From contig JBEKBM010000014.1 of the NCBI GenBank assembly GCA_050015395.1, forward strand, positions 16,029 to 80,028: 64,000 nt of DNA. The letters are read 5' to 3'. The notes under the pieces are model-generated. The model was not told where the DNA came from and made no database searches. It saw only the letters and a list, made by a program, of their open reading frames with translations. A program made the translations under genes and the position numbers. Shown here in pieces: positions 30,169-41,343 of this stretch (position 1 is the stretch's first letter; each line of letters opens with the position of its first letter). Origin of the DNA: Candidatus Bathyarchaeia archaeon. GTDB taxonomy: Archaea > Thermoproteota > Bathyarchaeia > Bathyarchaeales > Bathycorpusculaceae.

Positions 30169-31680
30169 CTATAAGTTTGGATTTTTAAGTCTTACGTTTG
30201 ATGGAGAGTTTGAAAGAGAGTAAGATTCTACGATGGAGTTGAGGGTGCTTTGTGCGTTTGCAAGGTTCTGTTTGAGTTTAGCTATGTTGTTTTTGAAACT
30301 TACCATGTTCTTTTTTCGTGTTGTGATGGCTCTTTCAACCTCGACGGGTGAAGGACCGCCTTGCACTTTATATGTTTCGATTATTTTGCGTGGATTTGTG
30401 CATTCAAACATGTCCTGTTTCTTAACCATTAATTTGATTCCAACCGCTTGCTGAGCTACCTTTTGCAGCAGTTCAGGCGTCGCATCCACCAAAGTTTGCT
30501 TTGAATCAATCAGCGATTTGACAAGAGCGCCAACTATCTTGTGCGAGGTTCGGAAAGCAACATTGTATTTGCGCACAAGCATGTTAGCAAGTTCCGTTGC
30601 GCCTACAAAGCCTGCTGCGGCTTTGCTTTCAACGTTTGTTGACACTTTCAAGTTAAGCACAAGCTGTGAGAATATGCTCAGTGAGCTGGCTAAGTTGTCT
30701 GTTGAAGCCCAAAGTTTCGGCGTTACCTCTTGGAAATCAAGATTATACGTTGTTGGCAGACTTTTCAGGGCAGCAGCCGAAGCCACGAAATCGCCGAGCG
30801 CATAGCTGGCTCTTGCACGGATAACTTCAAGCACTTCTGGATTCTTTTTTTGCGGCATGATGCTGCTGGTTGATGTAAAATCGTCTGGCAACTCGACTGT
30901 GCCGAACTCTTGCGAGCTCCAAATTATCAGATCCTCAGCTAAGCGGCTTAAATTCACTGCAAGTAACGTTAGTACCGCTTGGGTTTCGAGTATGAAGTCT
31001 CGGCTACCAACTGCATCAATCGAATTTTCTAACACCGCTTTGAAGCCTAAGAGCTCAGCGGTTCTTTTGCGGTTTATTGGGAAACTTGTTGTCGCTAATG
31101 CTCCAGCGCCGAGAGGGCACAGGTTAACCCGTTCATAAGCGCCCTGAAGTCTCTCTAAGTCGCGGTCTAACGCTTGAACATGTGATAGCAAGTAGTGGGC
31201 AAATGTGACGGGTTGTGCAGGTTGCAGGTGAGTGTATTCCAAAATTACCGTGTCGAGGTGTTTGCTGGCTGTGTATAGGAGGCTTTCTTGCATCTCCAGA
31301 ACCTTAATCATAAGTTCGATGAGTTCGTTTCGGAGTTGCATGCGGATGGCGGTTGTGACTTGGTCGTTTCTGCTTTTTCCGATGTGCAGGTTGCCGCCGA
31401 CTTCAGATCCAGTTTCCTTAAGTACGGCTTCTTCAACTGCCATATGAACGTCTTCAGCGGCAGGGTCAAGCTTGACGTTGGACAGCTTAGAAAGAGCTTT
31501 TAGGATTTTTGCTCCATCTTGCCGCTGTATTATTTTCTGCTCCATCAGCATTACAACGTGGGCTTTGTTGATGTCAACTACAGCCATGGCTAAGCGCTCA
31601 TCATCTTTTCGTGAAGAAGTAAACTTAGCAACATCTTCACGCACAGACGTTAGCCGTCCGCCATGCAGTATCTTTGACAC
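30169..31680 (-). CDS. argH: Argininosuccinate lyase
   Basis: SRNDQV, YTHLQPAQP and SSIMPQKKNP. Confidence 0.97.
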   Translation of the reverse strand: MSKILHGGRLTSVREDVAKFTSSRKDDERLAMAVVDINKAHVVMLMEQKIIQRQDGAKILKALSKLSNVKLDPAAEDVHMAVEEAVLKETGSEVGGNLHIGKSRNDQVTTAIRMQLRNELIELMIKVLEMQESLLYTASKHLDTVILEYTHLQPAQPVTFAHYLLSHVQALDRDLERLQGAYERVNLCPLGAGALATTSFPINRKRTAELLGFKAVLENSIDAVGSRDFILETQAVLTLLAVNLSRLAEDLIIWSSQEFGTVELPDDFTSTSSIMPQKKNPEVLEVIRARASYALGDFVASAAALKSLPTTYNLDFQEVTPKLWASTDNLASSLSIFSQLVLNLKVSTNVESKAAAGFVGATELANMLVRKYNVAFRTSHKIVGALVKSLIDSKQTLVDATPELLQKVAQQAVGIKLMVKKQDMFECTNPRKIIETYKVQGGPSPVEVERAITTRKKNMVSFKNNIAKLKQNLANAQSTLNSIVESYSLSNSPSNVRLKNPNL

Positions 31681-31711
31681 TTACTCACCCTCCAGCTTAC
31701 TCACCATTTAC

Positions 31712-32935
31712 TCAGGCTTTCTTGGTTTTCTCAGCCGCTTTTTTGCCCGACTTTTTGAGAGCATTGTACATTCTTGTTTGGAGTCCCCACAATTCAATGA
31801 AGCCTTTAGAGTAGGACTGGTTGAACGTGGTTTTGATGTTGTAATTGGCAAGGTTTTTATCGTAGAGTGACATTGGCGAGGAGCGTCCGATAACTTGCAT
31901 GCCGCCTTTGTAGAGTTTAAGTTTGACTTCCCCCGTGACGTTTTCTTGTGACTTGTTGATGAAAGCGTCAAGGTCATCTTTTAGTGGGTCAACCCATAAA
32001 CCAGCGTAAGCTAAGAAAACCCACTCTGCGTCGATTTGCTGTTTGAACAGGACTTGGTGCCGTGTCATCACCATTTTTTCAAGGTCTTTGTGAGCTTCCA
32101 AAACTACTGTGGCTGCTGGGCACTCATAGACTTCCCTTGATTTTATTCCTACTAAGCGGTCTTCGATGTGGTCTATGCGTCCAACGCCGTGTTTGCCAGC
32201 GATTTTATTCATTGCTTCTATAAGTTCGAGTGGCTTCATGCTTTCATTGTTAACGGCTACTGGCACTCCACCCTCAAATTTTAAGGTGACCAGTTCTGGC
32301 GTGTTTGGCGCTTTTTCAGCTGAAACCGTCCATTCGTAAGCGTCTTCAGGCGGCGCTTGGCTTGCGTCTTCAAGCAGCCCGCATTCGATTGCTCTTCCCC
32401 AGACGCTTGCATCTATGCTGTACTTTTTGGCTGCGTTGGAGACGGGGATACCTTTGGCTTTAGCGTAAGCAATTTCTTCTTCACGTGTCATGCCCCACTC
32501 GCGTACTGGAGCAATAATTTTTTTGTCTGGCGCTAAGGAGCCAAGTGTCACGTCAAAGCGTACTTGGTCGTTGCCTCTTCCTGTGCAGCCATGAGCTAGG
32601 GCTGTGGCGCCTTCTTTTTCGGCAACTTCAACCATCTTTGACGCGATCAATGGACGCGAAAGGCTTGTGCTTATCGGATACTTACCCTCGTACAGAGCGT
32701 TAGCTTTTATGGCTGGAAAAATGTAGTCTTTTGCAAATTCGTCTTTGGCATCGATTGAAAAATGTTTGAGAACTCCGAGTTTTTTGGCTTTTTCCTCAGC
32801 CGCTTTCAGATCTTCTTGTTGACCAACATCTACGGTTACGGTTATTACTTGTGCGTTGTATTTTTCTTGGAGGTACTTGATTAATACGGATGTGTCTAAT
32901 CCGCCTGAGTATGCTAACACGATTTTTTCGGTTAT
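31712..32935 (-). CDS. argG: Argininosuccinate synthase
   Basis: LAYSGGLDTS, HGCTGRGNDQVRF and GIKSREVYE. Start uncertain: ATA at 32935 after GGGGAG, GTG at 32920, or ATG at 33001. Confidence 0.96.
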   Translation of the reverse strand: MTEKIVLAYSGGLDTSVLIKYLQEKYNAQVITVTVDVGQQEDLKAAEEKAKKLGVLKHFSIDAKDEFAKDYIFPAIKANALYEGKYPISTSLSRPLIASKMVEVAEKEGATALAHGCTGRGNDQVRFDVTLGSLAPDKKIIAPVREWGMTREEEIAYAKAKGIPVSNAAKKYSIDASVWGRAIECGLLEDASQAPPEDAYEWTVSAEKAPNTPELVTLKFEGGVPVAVNNESMKPLELIEAMNKIAGKHGVGRIDHIEDRLVGIKSREVYECPAATVVLEAHKDLEKMVMTRHQVLFKQQIDAEWVFLAYAGLWVDPLKDDLDAFINKSQENVTGEVKLKLYKGGMQVIGRSSPMSLYDKNLANYNIKTTFNQSYSKGFIELWGLQTRMYNALKKSGKKAAEKTKKA

Positions 32936-32992
32936 TTTTTTGCTCCCCCGTTTTTTGCTGTGAATTATTCCCCTAACCTTCAATGCTGTATT

Positions 32993-33049
32993 TTTAAACA
33001 TTGTGACTTTTTTGTTACTTAATAAAATTTAAATGTGCCATTTGATACA
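32993..33049. promoter_or_regulatory. Bipartite operator/promoter shared with the lysW operon
   Basis: TTTAAACATTGTGACTTTTTTGTTAC-N13-AATGTGCCATTTGATACA; same layout at 61198-61254. Confidence 0.7.
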
Positions 33050-33062
33050 ATCAGTAGCCATT

Positions 33063-33641
33063 ATGACAATAGCTCAAAACGTAAGAAACCACCTGCGAAA
33101 CAAACCATACCTGCTGGAAGCACTAGAAAAAGGCATAGTAAACCTAAGCGAGTTATCAAGACAAATACAAGAAGATTTGAAAACCGATGACATAAGCGCC
33201 ATAAAAGCCGCCTTGCGCCGTTATTCAGAAGAACTGCAAAAGCACAAGCAGAAAAGAGAAGAAAAAGTACTCCAACTCCTTAAACGAAGCAGCATAGCCG
33301 TTTATGACCGAAAATCCGTCATGATAACAGGTAAAGAAATTAACTCGAAAACTGGTATGAAAGTTGATTTAATGGATAAATTCGTTTACTTGCTTGACAG
33401 GAGCGATTTGCCTGAACGCATAAGCGCCCTCGTTAAACATGACAACTGCACCATGATCGTTGTCCATTCACCTGAGGAACTGGAGGTAACGCCGGGAGTT
33501 GTCGCGTTCCTAGCCACATTGCTGGCAGAACAGAACGTAAACATTATTGAGTTCATTTCCTGCTGGACGGAAACAATTATTGTGGTTGAGAAAAAAGACA
33601 GCCTAAAAACTTACGAAACTTTGTCTAATATGGTGGGTTAA
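33063..33641 (+). CDS. ACT-domain amino-acid-metabolism regulator (N-terminal HTH)
   Basis: GIVNLSELSRQI...AIKAALRRY HTH-like region and C-terminal ACT domain TPGVVAFLATLLAEQNVNIIEFIS; divergent from argG. Confidence 0.75.
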   Translation: MTIAQNVRNHLRNKPYLLEALEKGIVNLSELSRQIQEDLKTDDISAIKAALRRYSEELQKHKQKREEKVLQLLKRSSIAVYDRKSVMITGKEINSKTGMKVDLMDKFVYLLDRSDLPERISALVKHDNCTMIVVHSPEELEVTPGVVAFLATLLAEQNVNIIEFISCWTETIIVVEKKDSLKTYETLSNMVG

Positions 33642-33732
33642 GAAGCGTCATGGGAACAACAAAATTAATAATGTCACAGTTGATACTTCAGCTACAGCTT
33701 GCGTTGCCAAGCCATGAAAAGACGCTTACCCA

Positions 33733-35001
33733 ATGGAGATTGAAACCATGACACATCAAGAATGCATAAACTGCAAAGCAAAATACGATATTGATGAGAT
33801 TATTTATTTCTGCAAGAAATGCGGAGACATCCTTGAAATAAAATTCGACTTTAAAGAGTTAGCCGAAACCCTCAAAAGCAGCGACTGGAAAACAAAGCCC
33901 TTATCCGTTTGGCGATACCGCGACTTCATGCCCATCCACGAAGCCGCACGCATAGTCACCCTAAACGAAGGTGGAACGGGTCTGCTCCGTTCCCAACGCT
34001 TAGGCGACGAACTAGGACTAAAACAACTGTACGTTAAGAATGAGGGCGAAAACCCCACAGGCAGCTTTAAAGACCGAGGCATGACCGTGGGCGTCACAAA
34101 AGCCGTTGAGCTCGGCGCAAGGCATGTAATCTGCGCTTCAACAGGCAATACTTCTGCGAGTTTGGCTGCTTATGCTGCGAGGGCTGGGTTGAAATGCACA
34201 GTTCTTATCCCCTCTGGCAAGATTGCCTATGGAAAATTGGCGCAAGCCATGATTCACGGCGCCAAAGTTTTGCAGGTTCGCGGCAACTTTGATCAATCCT
34301 TAGAATTTGTGCTTAAACTGGCTGAGAAGCACAAGAGCATTTACCTTCTTAATTCGATTAATCCGTTCCGTATTGAAGGACAGAAATCCTTGGGTTATGA
34401 AATTTGCGAGCAACTAAACAATGAGGCACCTGACAGAATCATCGTGCCCGTTGGCAACGCTGGAAACATAAGCGCCATCTGGAAAGGCTTAACCGAATTC
34501 CACAAACTCGGCTTCATAAAAACACTGCCAAAAATGACAGGCATACAAGCAGTCGGCTCCGCGCCCATAGCGCAAGCAATCAAAACTAACAGCAACCAAA
34601 TCATCCCCGTTGAAAAGCCTGAAACCGTCGCCACAGCCATCCGAATCGGCGCTCCAGTAAGCTGGAAGAAAGCCGTTAACGCCATTCGCGAATCTCATGG
34701 AACCGCTGAAACCGTGACTGATGAGGAAATTTTGGATGCCCAGAAATTGCTTGCACGAATTGAGGGCATTTTTGTGGAGCCTGCGAGTGCATCTTCCGTT
34801 GCTGGACTGATGAAGCTTGTTAAGAACGGCGTTATCGGCAAGGATGAGCGAGTAGTCTGCGTAACCACGGGTCACGGGCTCAAGGATCCGGACACGGCAA
34901 TCAAGCAATGTGAAAAACCGATAGAGGTTGATGCTGACATATCCGCTATAGAGCAGGCTTTGGGCTTAAAAGCGCAAAGAGCACCCATTCTCGCAAGGTG
35001 A
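33733..35001 (+). CDS. thrC: Threonine synthase
   Basis: NPTGSFKDRG (PLP lysine), ASTGNTSAS, PVGNAGN and TGHGLKD; N-terminal zinc ribbon. Confidence 0.96.
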   Translation: MEIETMTHQECINCKAKYDIDEIIYFCKKCGDILEIKFDFKELAETLKSSDWKTKPLSVWRYRDFMPIHEAARIVTLNEGGTGLLRSQRLGDELGLKQLYVKNEGENPTGSFKDRGMTVGVTKAVELGARHVICASTGNTSASLAAYAARAGLKCTVLIPSGKIAYGKLAQAMIHGAKVLQVRGNFDQSLEFVLKLAEKHKSIYLLNSINPFRIEGQKSLGYEICEQLNNEAPDRIIVPVGNAGNISAIWKGLTEFHKLGFIKTLPKMTGIQAVGSAPIAQAIKTNSNQIIPVEKPETVATAIRIGAPVSWKKAVNAIRESHGTAETVTDEEILDAQKLLARIEGIFVEPASASSVAGLMKLVKNGVIGKDERVVCVTTGHGLKDPDTAIKQCEKPIEVDADISAIEQALGLKAQRAPILAR

Positions 35002-35004
35002 GAC

Positions 35005-36051
35005 ATGAAGATGAGGATTATCCTGATTGGTTACGGCGTAGTTGGGCAGGGCTTAACCAGTATTCTCCAGCGTAGGCACGCTGAAACTGTTAGGGATTAT
35101 GGCTTTAACCCAAAAATCGTTGCTGTCGTCGATAAAGATGGTGCAGCCATAAACCCAAGAGGCTTAAGCCTAGCGAAGTTGGAAGCGCTGAAGAAAAAGG
35201 GTTCAGTGTCAGAAGATACAGAGTTTGGTCACCCTAAAATGTCTGCGTTGGACGTTATTGAGTCGGTTGAAGCTGAAGTGGTGGTTGAAGCCACACCCAC
35301 CAACGTGAAGAACGGTGAACCAGCATTATCGCACATTACTAAAGCATTCAAAACGGGAAAGCATGTGGTCACCACCAACAAAGGACCACTAGCCTTAGCC
35401 ATGCCTGCCCTGACAGAGTTAGCTGATTATAACCAGGTTTACCTGCGGTTCAGCGGTACCGTCGGCGGTGGAACACCCATGTTGGAGTTTGCCAAGAAGT
35501 GTCTTGCAGGCGACAAAATACTTGCTATAAGAGGCATACTAAACGGGACAACCAACTATATTCTTACAGAGATGGCTGAAAAACACGTGACTTTTCAGCA
35601 AGCACTTTCAAGTGCGCAGAAGCTGGGTTATGCGGAAACTGATCCTTCTATGGATGTTGACGGGTTAGATACAGCCTGCAAAGTAGTTATCATGGCGAAC
35701 TGGATAATGAACAAGAAATTAACGCTTAAAAACGTGGAAATAAAGGGAATTCGTGATGTGTCCTTGCAGGCGCTTGATGAAGCTGCTAAGAGAGGTAATA
35801 CAATCAAGCTTATCGGGTCAATAGACGGCGATAAACCATCGGTTAAGCCAGTGGAAATAGCAAAAAATAACCCATTATGCGTAAGCGGGGTTCTTAACGC
35901 AGTAACTTTCGTTTCAGAATTCGCTGGCGAAGAGACAGTTGTCGGTCGGGGCGCTGGTGGAATGGAGACTGCCAGTGCAGTTTTAAGAGACCTCTTAGAT
36001 ATAAGACATAAGTTAGCAAATCGACTGCTGAATAATAATCCGGAGTACTAA
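35005..36051 (+). CDS. hom: Homoserine dehydrogenase
   Basis: GYGVVG, HVVTTNKGP, VGGGTP, GILNGTTNYIL, GYAETDPSMDVDG and GAGGMETASAV. Confidence 0.96.
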   Translation: MKMRIILIGYGVVGQGLTSILQRRHAETVRDYGFNPKIVAVVDKDGAAINPRGLSLAKLEALKKKGSVSEDTEFGHPKMSALDVIESVEAEVVVEATPTNVKNGEPALSHITKAFKTGKHVVTTNKGPLALAMPALTELADYNQVYLRFSGTVGGGTPMLEFAKKCLAGDKILAIRGILNGTTNYILTEMAEKHVTFQQALSSAQKLGYAETDPSMDVDGLDTACKVVIMANWIMNKKLTLKNVEIKGIRDVSLQALDEAAKRGNTIKLIGSIDGDKPSVKPVEIAKNNPLCVSGVLNAVTFVSEFAGEETVVGRGAGGMETASAVLRDLLDIRHKLANRLLNNNPEY

Positions 36052-36054
36052 AAA

Positions 36055-37467
36055 ATGAAAAAAATAGTGATGAAGTTCGGCGGGACCAGCGTAGCCACAG
36101 GCGAAAACATCCGTCATGTAGCCGATTTAGTTACCCTAAATGCCAAAAATGATTGCAGAGTTGCTGTAGTGATTTCGGCGTTAGCAGGTGTCACAAACGA
36201 GCTCATAGAGATTGCTGAGCAAGCCAAAAAAAGCGATGAAAAACACATTCAAGCGTTCACGAAAGAGCTGTTGGGTAATCATTTGGCAGTGATTTCAACG
36301 GCTATAACCAGCAAGCAAATACAAAAGGAAGTAACGCAAGTCACCGAGAAAACTATGGTTGAGCTAGAGAAGGTTCTAACAGGCATATGCTATGTTGGTG
36401 AGCTTACGCCGAAATCTAAAGATTACGTTTTATCCTTTGGCGAAAGGTTATCTGCACCCATCGTTTGGGGCGCCATAAAAGACCGCAAGCTCGAAACGCA
36501 ATGCTTCACAGGCAAAGAAGCAGGCATAGTAACAGACTCAAACTTTGGCGAAGCAGATCCACTCATGAACTTCACCACTCACCTGATCCGCGAAAGGCTC
36601 GGGCCACTGATTGAGAAAGGCGTGATCCCAGTTGTGACAGGGTACATTGCTGCTAATCAGGATGGGATAGTGACCACTGTTGGACGCGGCGGATCAGACT
36701 ACACAGCCACGATTTTAGGCGTGGCATTAGGCGTTGACGAAGTATGGATATGGACAGATGTGGATGGCATAATGACGACTGACCCAAAAATAGTTCCCTC
36801 AGCCAAAATGTTACCACAACTCAGCTATCAGGAAGCCGCAGAAATGGCGATTTTTGGTGCAAAAGCCATGCATCCACGCGCTTTAGAACCAGTAATCAAA
36901 GAGAATATTCCTGTTAGAATACGCAACATTTTCCACCCAGAAAACGAAGGCACACTCATAACCAAAGAGCCAAATGCAAAGGTCACGGAAGTTGTGAAAG
37001 CCGTAGCAATGATAAAAGACGTAGCCATGTTAAACGTTAACGGTGCAGGAATGGTAGGAGCCCCTGGAAGCTACGCTAAAGTGTTTGATGTACTGGGCAA
37101 AAACAACATTAACGTCATGATGATTTCCACCGCTGCTTCGGAAGCCAACATCTCAATGATTATCCGCCGAGGACTTTTAGGCAGGGCTATTAGCAACCTT
37201 GAAATTGCACTTTTAGACAGAGGCGGCTTAGTCAGCGAAGTTACAGCAGAAGACGACGTTGCCGTAATAGCTGTTATGGGAGCCAACATGAAGGGAACCT
37301 TAGGCGTAGCCTCAAAAATATTCACCACAGTCGCCAAAAAAGGCATAAACATCCGCATGATTGCCCAAGGCAGCTCAGAACTCAACATTTCATTCGTTGT
37401 CAAAGAGAAAGACGGAGAAGCTGTAGTCCGAGCCATCCATGAAGAATTCAACCTTGACAAAATATAG
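36055..37467 (+). CDS. lysC: Aspartate kinase
   Basis: MKFGGTSV, GRGGSDYTA and WTDVDG, plus two ACT domains. Confidence 0.96.
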   Translation: MKKIVMKFGGTSVATGENIRHVADLVTLNAKNDCRVAVVISALAGVTNELIEIAEQAKKSDEKHIQAFTKELLGNHLAVISTAITSKQIQKEVTQVTEKTMVELEKVLTGICYVGELTPKSKDYVLSFGERLSAPIVWGAIKDRKLETQCFTGKEAGIVTDSNFGEADPLMNFTTHLIRERLGPLIEKGVIPVVTGYIAANQDGIVTTVGRGGSDYTATILGVALGVDEVWIWTDVDGIMTTDPKIVPSAKMLPQLSYQEAAEMAIFGAKAMHPRALEPVIKENIPVRIRNIFHPENEGTLITKEPNAKVTEVVKAVAMIKDVAMLNVNGAGMVGAPGSYAKVFDVLGKNNINVMMISTAASEANISMIIRRGLLGRAISNLEIALLDRGGLVSEVTAEDDVAVIAVMGANMKGTLGVASKIFTTVAKKGINIRMIAQGSSELNISFVVKEKDGEAVVRAIHEEFNLDKI

Positions 37468-37523
37468 CGCTTTTCCAACATACTCATGGCAAATTTTATT
37501 AGAATCTACTGTGGGATATTTAT

Positions 37524-37799
37524 GTGGGAAAAAGCATGTCAACATCAAGAGTTGACCAAAGACACAGAATAGTTATAGATAAACAAACTAGAGCAAAAAC
37601 TCACATTAAAGCAGGAGACATAGTAGTCATCGAGCCAATTGATGATCACAGTTTTAAAGTCAACGTTTTAGACTTCACGTCAGAAAAGCTTGAGGACGAT
37701 CCAGCGTGGCAGGTAATTCATAAACCAGCTAAACTTAGAAAGTACATTCCTCCAGAAAAACTCGAAGAGATAATGGAGGAAGCGGTTTGGCAAGAATAA
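37524..37799 (+). CDS. vapB: AbrB/MazE-type antitoxin (VapB)
   Basis: SRVDQRHRIVIDKQTR...IKAGDIVVI; overlaps the downstream PIN gene. Confidence 0.8.
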   Translation: MGKSMSTSRVDQRHRIVIDKQTRAKTHIKAGDIVVIEPIDDHSFKVNVLDFTSEKLEDDPAWQVIHKPAKLRKYIPPEKLEEIMEEAVWQE

Positions 37800-38254
37800 G
37801 CAGTATTGAATCGAAACCTCTTGCGATAGTTGATTCAAACGTGATAGTTTACGCGATGATTAAGGATTATCCAGATAAGGTGCGGCATGAAACGTGTCTT
37901 GCTCTTTTAGAGAGAGGCCTCAGAGGAGAATTAAACTATATTCTAACGGTTAATCCAATAATAATAGTTGAGGTTTTTTCAGTTCTCAGAAAGCTCTTAA
38001 ACTGCAACGAAGCGGAATTCAGAGTAACCGCTCTTCTTCGTTCAAGACGCCTCGGATTCTTATCCATTTCAAAGGAAGCTTGTCAAAACTCTGTGCAATG
38101 GGCAAAAGAAAAGAACATCCCAGTAAACGACGCCATAATAGCTGCAAGCATGGTAGAACACGCCCAACTGATATACACTATTGACGAAGACCATTTCAAA
38201 GAACTCGAAGGATACAACGTCAAAATCCTCAACCCAACAACATCAATCTTTTGA
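37787..38254 (+). CDS. vapC: PIN-domain toxin (VapC)
   Basis: IVDSNVIV, IIVEV, NDAIIAA and YTIDEDHF. Confidence 0.88.
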   Translation: MARISSIESKPLAIVDSNVIVYAMIKDYPDKVRHETCLALLERGLRGELNYILTVNPIIIVEVFSVLRKLLNCNEAEFRVTALLRSRRLGFLSISKEACQNSVQWAKEKNIPVNDAIIAASMVEHAQLIYTIDEDHFKELEGYNVKILNPTTSIF

Positions 38255-38509
38255 TAAAGCAAATTGAGGTAACCTCTTAGCATAGTCAAAGTCAAGCCCA
38301 ACAGCAAAGTTATCAACTATTAAGCCGTCTGCGGTAGTTCCGAAAGTGTCTGGCACCTGCTTGGGTATAACTTTTTTTACTTGCTAAGCATAGTTGCAAG
38401 CCAGTTTAAGGCTGCTTGAAAGCCTTCAACGACGCCTAAGAGCGTTTTACTTGCATAAGCCTGAGCAATCCAAGCCAAGAAACCACTCAAACTTTACCGC
38501 CAGCCCAAC

Positions 38510-38535
38510 TGTACCGTCAAAATGTACCGTCAAAA
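38510..38535. repeat. 13-bp perfect tandem repeat
   Basis: TGTACCGTCAAAA x2. Confidence 0.6.
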
Positions 38536-38626
38536 CGTATATAACTACGCCTACCTGGTAGGCAGTAGAGCACACAAAGCTTAACCCACTTACGGATCTA
38601 CTGGTCTGCGACTCAGATCATCAAAT

Positions 38627-40702
38627 CTAATGTTTTTCTTGTTTTACTCCGAGTTGTTCAAGCATCGACATTGGGCTGTTGGTTGGCGGTAGGCAGGTTT
38701 GGTCTCGGCATATGTAGGCGGTTGCTTTGCCTTCGATCTGCTGGTAGCCTAAGCCTGCTTTGCTGGGGTGCTTAAGTGCGATAACGGTTGATGGTAGATA
38801 ATGCTTCCTTAGTGCATTTAACATGTCTGATGTGTCTTTTTGCTTTAAGTCGCCTACTAAGATTACGCTGTAAGATGGGCCTATTAGAAAATCAGTTGCA
38901 GAAAGGAAGAACGTGCACGCTTCAGGCGCGCCCTCTATTTCTTGTGCGAATGTTTTGGTCATTTGGGCTGCCAATGTGTTGTATGTGGGTTCGTCTGCTA
39001 AGCGGCTGAGCCATAGCAGATCCTGTAGCGCTACTGAGTTGCCTGAGGGAACCGCACCATCATAGAGTTGCTTTATTTTTGGCATGGCAGCTTCGCTGTT
39101 TTGAGTTTGGTAGAAACCGCCGTTTTTGTCATCCCAAAACTTAGTCACCATAGTCTTCGTTAAAGCGGATGCGGCTTGGAGATATTTGTCTTCTAAGGTT
39201 GCCTGGTAGAGTTCGATTAGCCCATATACGAAGAAGGCGTAGTCGTCCAAGAAGCCTTCCACGGCAGTTTCGCCTTTTGCGTAGCGGTGATATAGCACGT
39301 CATCTTTGAGCATTTGGTTTAGGATGAAGTCTGCCGTTTTCTTTGCAGCTTCCACGTACTTCGCTTCGTTGAGAACGTTGCCTGCTTTTGCTAACGCTGA
39401 GATCATTAAGCCGTTCCAGTCGGTTAACACTTTATCATCTATCGCTGGAGGCGCCCGTTTTTTTCTTGCCTCAAAAAGTGCTTCTCTTATGCTGTGCAGG
39501 CGGGTGATGAGTTCTTGGAGTGTTAAGCCTTTGTATGGTGCAAGTTCCTCTAAGGGTTCGGCGATGTGGAGTATGTTTTTGCCCTTTGGGTGCCCAGAAG
39601 CCTCAGTAAAGTTGCCTTCTGGCTTTAGCCCGTAGATGTGGACTGCCAATTCAGCGTCGGCAGGAGGCAGCGTGTCGAGCACTTCGTCTATGGTCCAGAG
39701 GTAGAATTTGCCTTCTTCGCCTTCTGTGTCAGCATCTTGCGCTGAGTAAAAGCCCCCGTTGAGCGACGCTAAATCGCGTAATGCGTAGTCTAAGGTTTCT
39801 TTTGCTGCAAGTGCATAGCGTCTGGCGCCTGTTGCCTGAAAAGCTTCTGTGTAAGCTATTACCATTAGGGCTTGGTCGTAGAGCATTTTTTCGAAGTGCG
39901 GAACCAGCCATTTCTCATCGGTGCTGTATCGATGGAAGCCGAAGCCTATCTGGTCGTATATGCCGCCTAGGCGCATTTGCGTGAGCGTTTTTTCAACTAA
40001 GGATAGAGCGTTTTTTTGGCCGGTTCTCGCATAATAGCGTAGCAGAAACAGGAGGTTGTGGGGTCTTGGGAATTTGGGTGCAGTGCCAAAGCCGCCGTTT
40101 TCCTTGTCAAAATCCAGTGTTAAGCGGTCGTAGGCGTCTTTTAGGGCTTCTTTGCCGAGTCCTTTTTGAGGTGTTCTTTTTTCCATTGCTTCTATGCGGC
40201 TTTTGATGTCTGCTCCCACAATTTCTAATTGCGAGCGTTGCAGTTTCCATATTTGCATGACTTGAGGAACAAGATCCAACATGCCCGTCAAGCCTCGACC
40301 ACTGTGTTTAGGTATATAGCTTGCGGCAAAAAAAGGGTTAAGCTTAGGCGTCATGAGTATGTTGAGTGGCCAACCGCAGTTTCTGCCCATAGCTTGACAA
40401 ACAGCCATATACGCTGCGTCTAAGTCGGGCCTTTCTTCACGGTCAACCTTAATGCACACAAACGATTGGTTTAGCAGGTCTGCGACTTGCTGGTCGCTGA
40501 AGCATTCCTCTTCCATGACGTGGCACCAGTGGCAACTGGCGTAGCCTATGCTGAGGAAAATGGGTTTGTCTTCAGCTTTAGCTTTATCTAGGGCTTCTTG
40601 ACCCCATGGGTACCAGTCTGCTGGGTTGTAAGCGTGCTGGAGAAGATAAGGACTTTTTTCGTTAATCAGCCTGTTTGGCTTGTTTTCTTGTTTTGGCTGC
40701 AA
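38627..40702 (-). CDS. Thioredoxin-domain DUF255/YyaL (SPATA20-like) protein
   Basis: [44 protein letters not shown] and PHFEKMLYD. Confidence 0.93.
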   Translation of the reverse strand: MQPKQENKPNRLINEKSPYLLQHAYNPADWYPWGQEALDKAKAEDKPIFLSIGYASCHWCHVMEEECFSDQQVADLLNQSFVCIKVDREERPDLDAAYMAVCQAMGRNCGWPLNILMTPKLNPFFAASYIPKHSGRGLTGMLDLVPQVMQIWKLQRSQLEIVGADIKSRIEAMEKRTPQKGLGKEALKDAYDRLTLDFDKENGGFGTAPKFPRPHNLLFLLRYYARTGQKNALSLVEKTLTQMRLGGIYDQIGFGFHRYSTDEKWLVPHFEKMLYDQALMVIAYTEAFQATGARRYALAAKETLDYALRDLASLNGGFYSAQDADTEGEEGKFYLWTIDEVLDTLPPADAELAVHIYGLKPEGNFTEASGHPKGKNILHIAEPLEELAPYKGLTLQELITRLHSIREALFEARKKRAPPAIDDKVLTDWNGLMISALAKAGNVLNEAKYVEAAKKTADFILNQMLKDDVLYHRYAKGETAVEGFLDDYAFFVYGLIELYQATLEDKYLQAASALTKTMVTKFWDDKNGGFYQTQNSEAAMPKIKQLYDGAVPSGNSVALQDLLWLSRLADEPTYNTLAAQMTKTFAQEIEGAPEACTFFLSATDFLIGPSYSVILVGDLKQKDTSDMLNALRKHYLPSTVIALKHPSKAGLGYQQIEGKATAYICRDQTCLPPTNSPMSMLEQLGVKQEKH

Positions 40703-40846
40703 AAATTGGAGACCTTCCTGTTACAATTATTACTGTGCGCGTTTTTATTAAACTGTTCGAGTGAGAAAATTCCACGTAAGATAAATTTTTGTTTTTGTCG
40801 TCGTTGAAGTGTGTGCTCTAAAGTTCTATAGAGTAAAAGACGGTTT

Positions 40847-41179
40847 TTATTTTTTTGTTAAGGTTTGGGGGTCGATTGGGTTGAGTTTTCCGTTTTTGCC
40901 TATGGCATATAAGTGAAAGTCGTATTCTTTACAGTAGTTTTTAAAATCTCTGTATTGTGTTTTGTTGCCTTCAAAATCTTTTTCGCTTACTATTTGGCAA
41001 ATTCGTTTTAGGCAACCTTTATGTGCCTCAACATCCGGAATGACACCGCCGATCTCGGAAGGTTTTTCCCAGCCTTGGGTGTTCGCCTTTACCAGCCAGT
41101 TGTCTTTTTTGAGGTCTTCAGCAATAGTTCTTACGCATTCGTCATGAGTGTTTGGTTCTTCAGATTTTTTCTTTGTCAC
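40847..41179 (-). CDS. Hypothetical protein (possible degenerate PD-(D/E)XK fold)
   Basis: HDECVRTIAEDL...IPDVEAHKG; 110 aa, GTG start after AGGTG. Confidence 0.6.
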   Translation of the reverse strand: MTKKKSEEPNTHDECVRTIAEDLKKDNWLVKANTQGWEKPSEIGGVIPDVEAHKGCLKRICQIVSEKDFEGNKTQYRDFKNYCKEYDFHLYAIGKNGKLNPIDPQTLTKK

Positions 41180-41343
41180 TGTCTACACCTATTGATTGTT
41201 GTTGTGAGTGTTTATTTAAAGATTTAAACAGCCAACTTGCCTTTTTCCGAATTAAGCTGCAAAAAGGGCTTTCCTACTTCCATAATGAGTCTACCGTTTT
41301 ATTAAACTGTTATAGTTAGTGAGAAAATTCAAGGGCAGACTAA

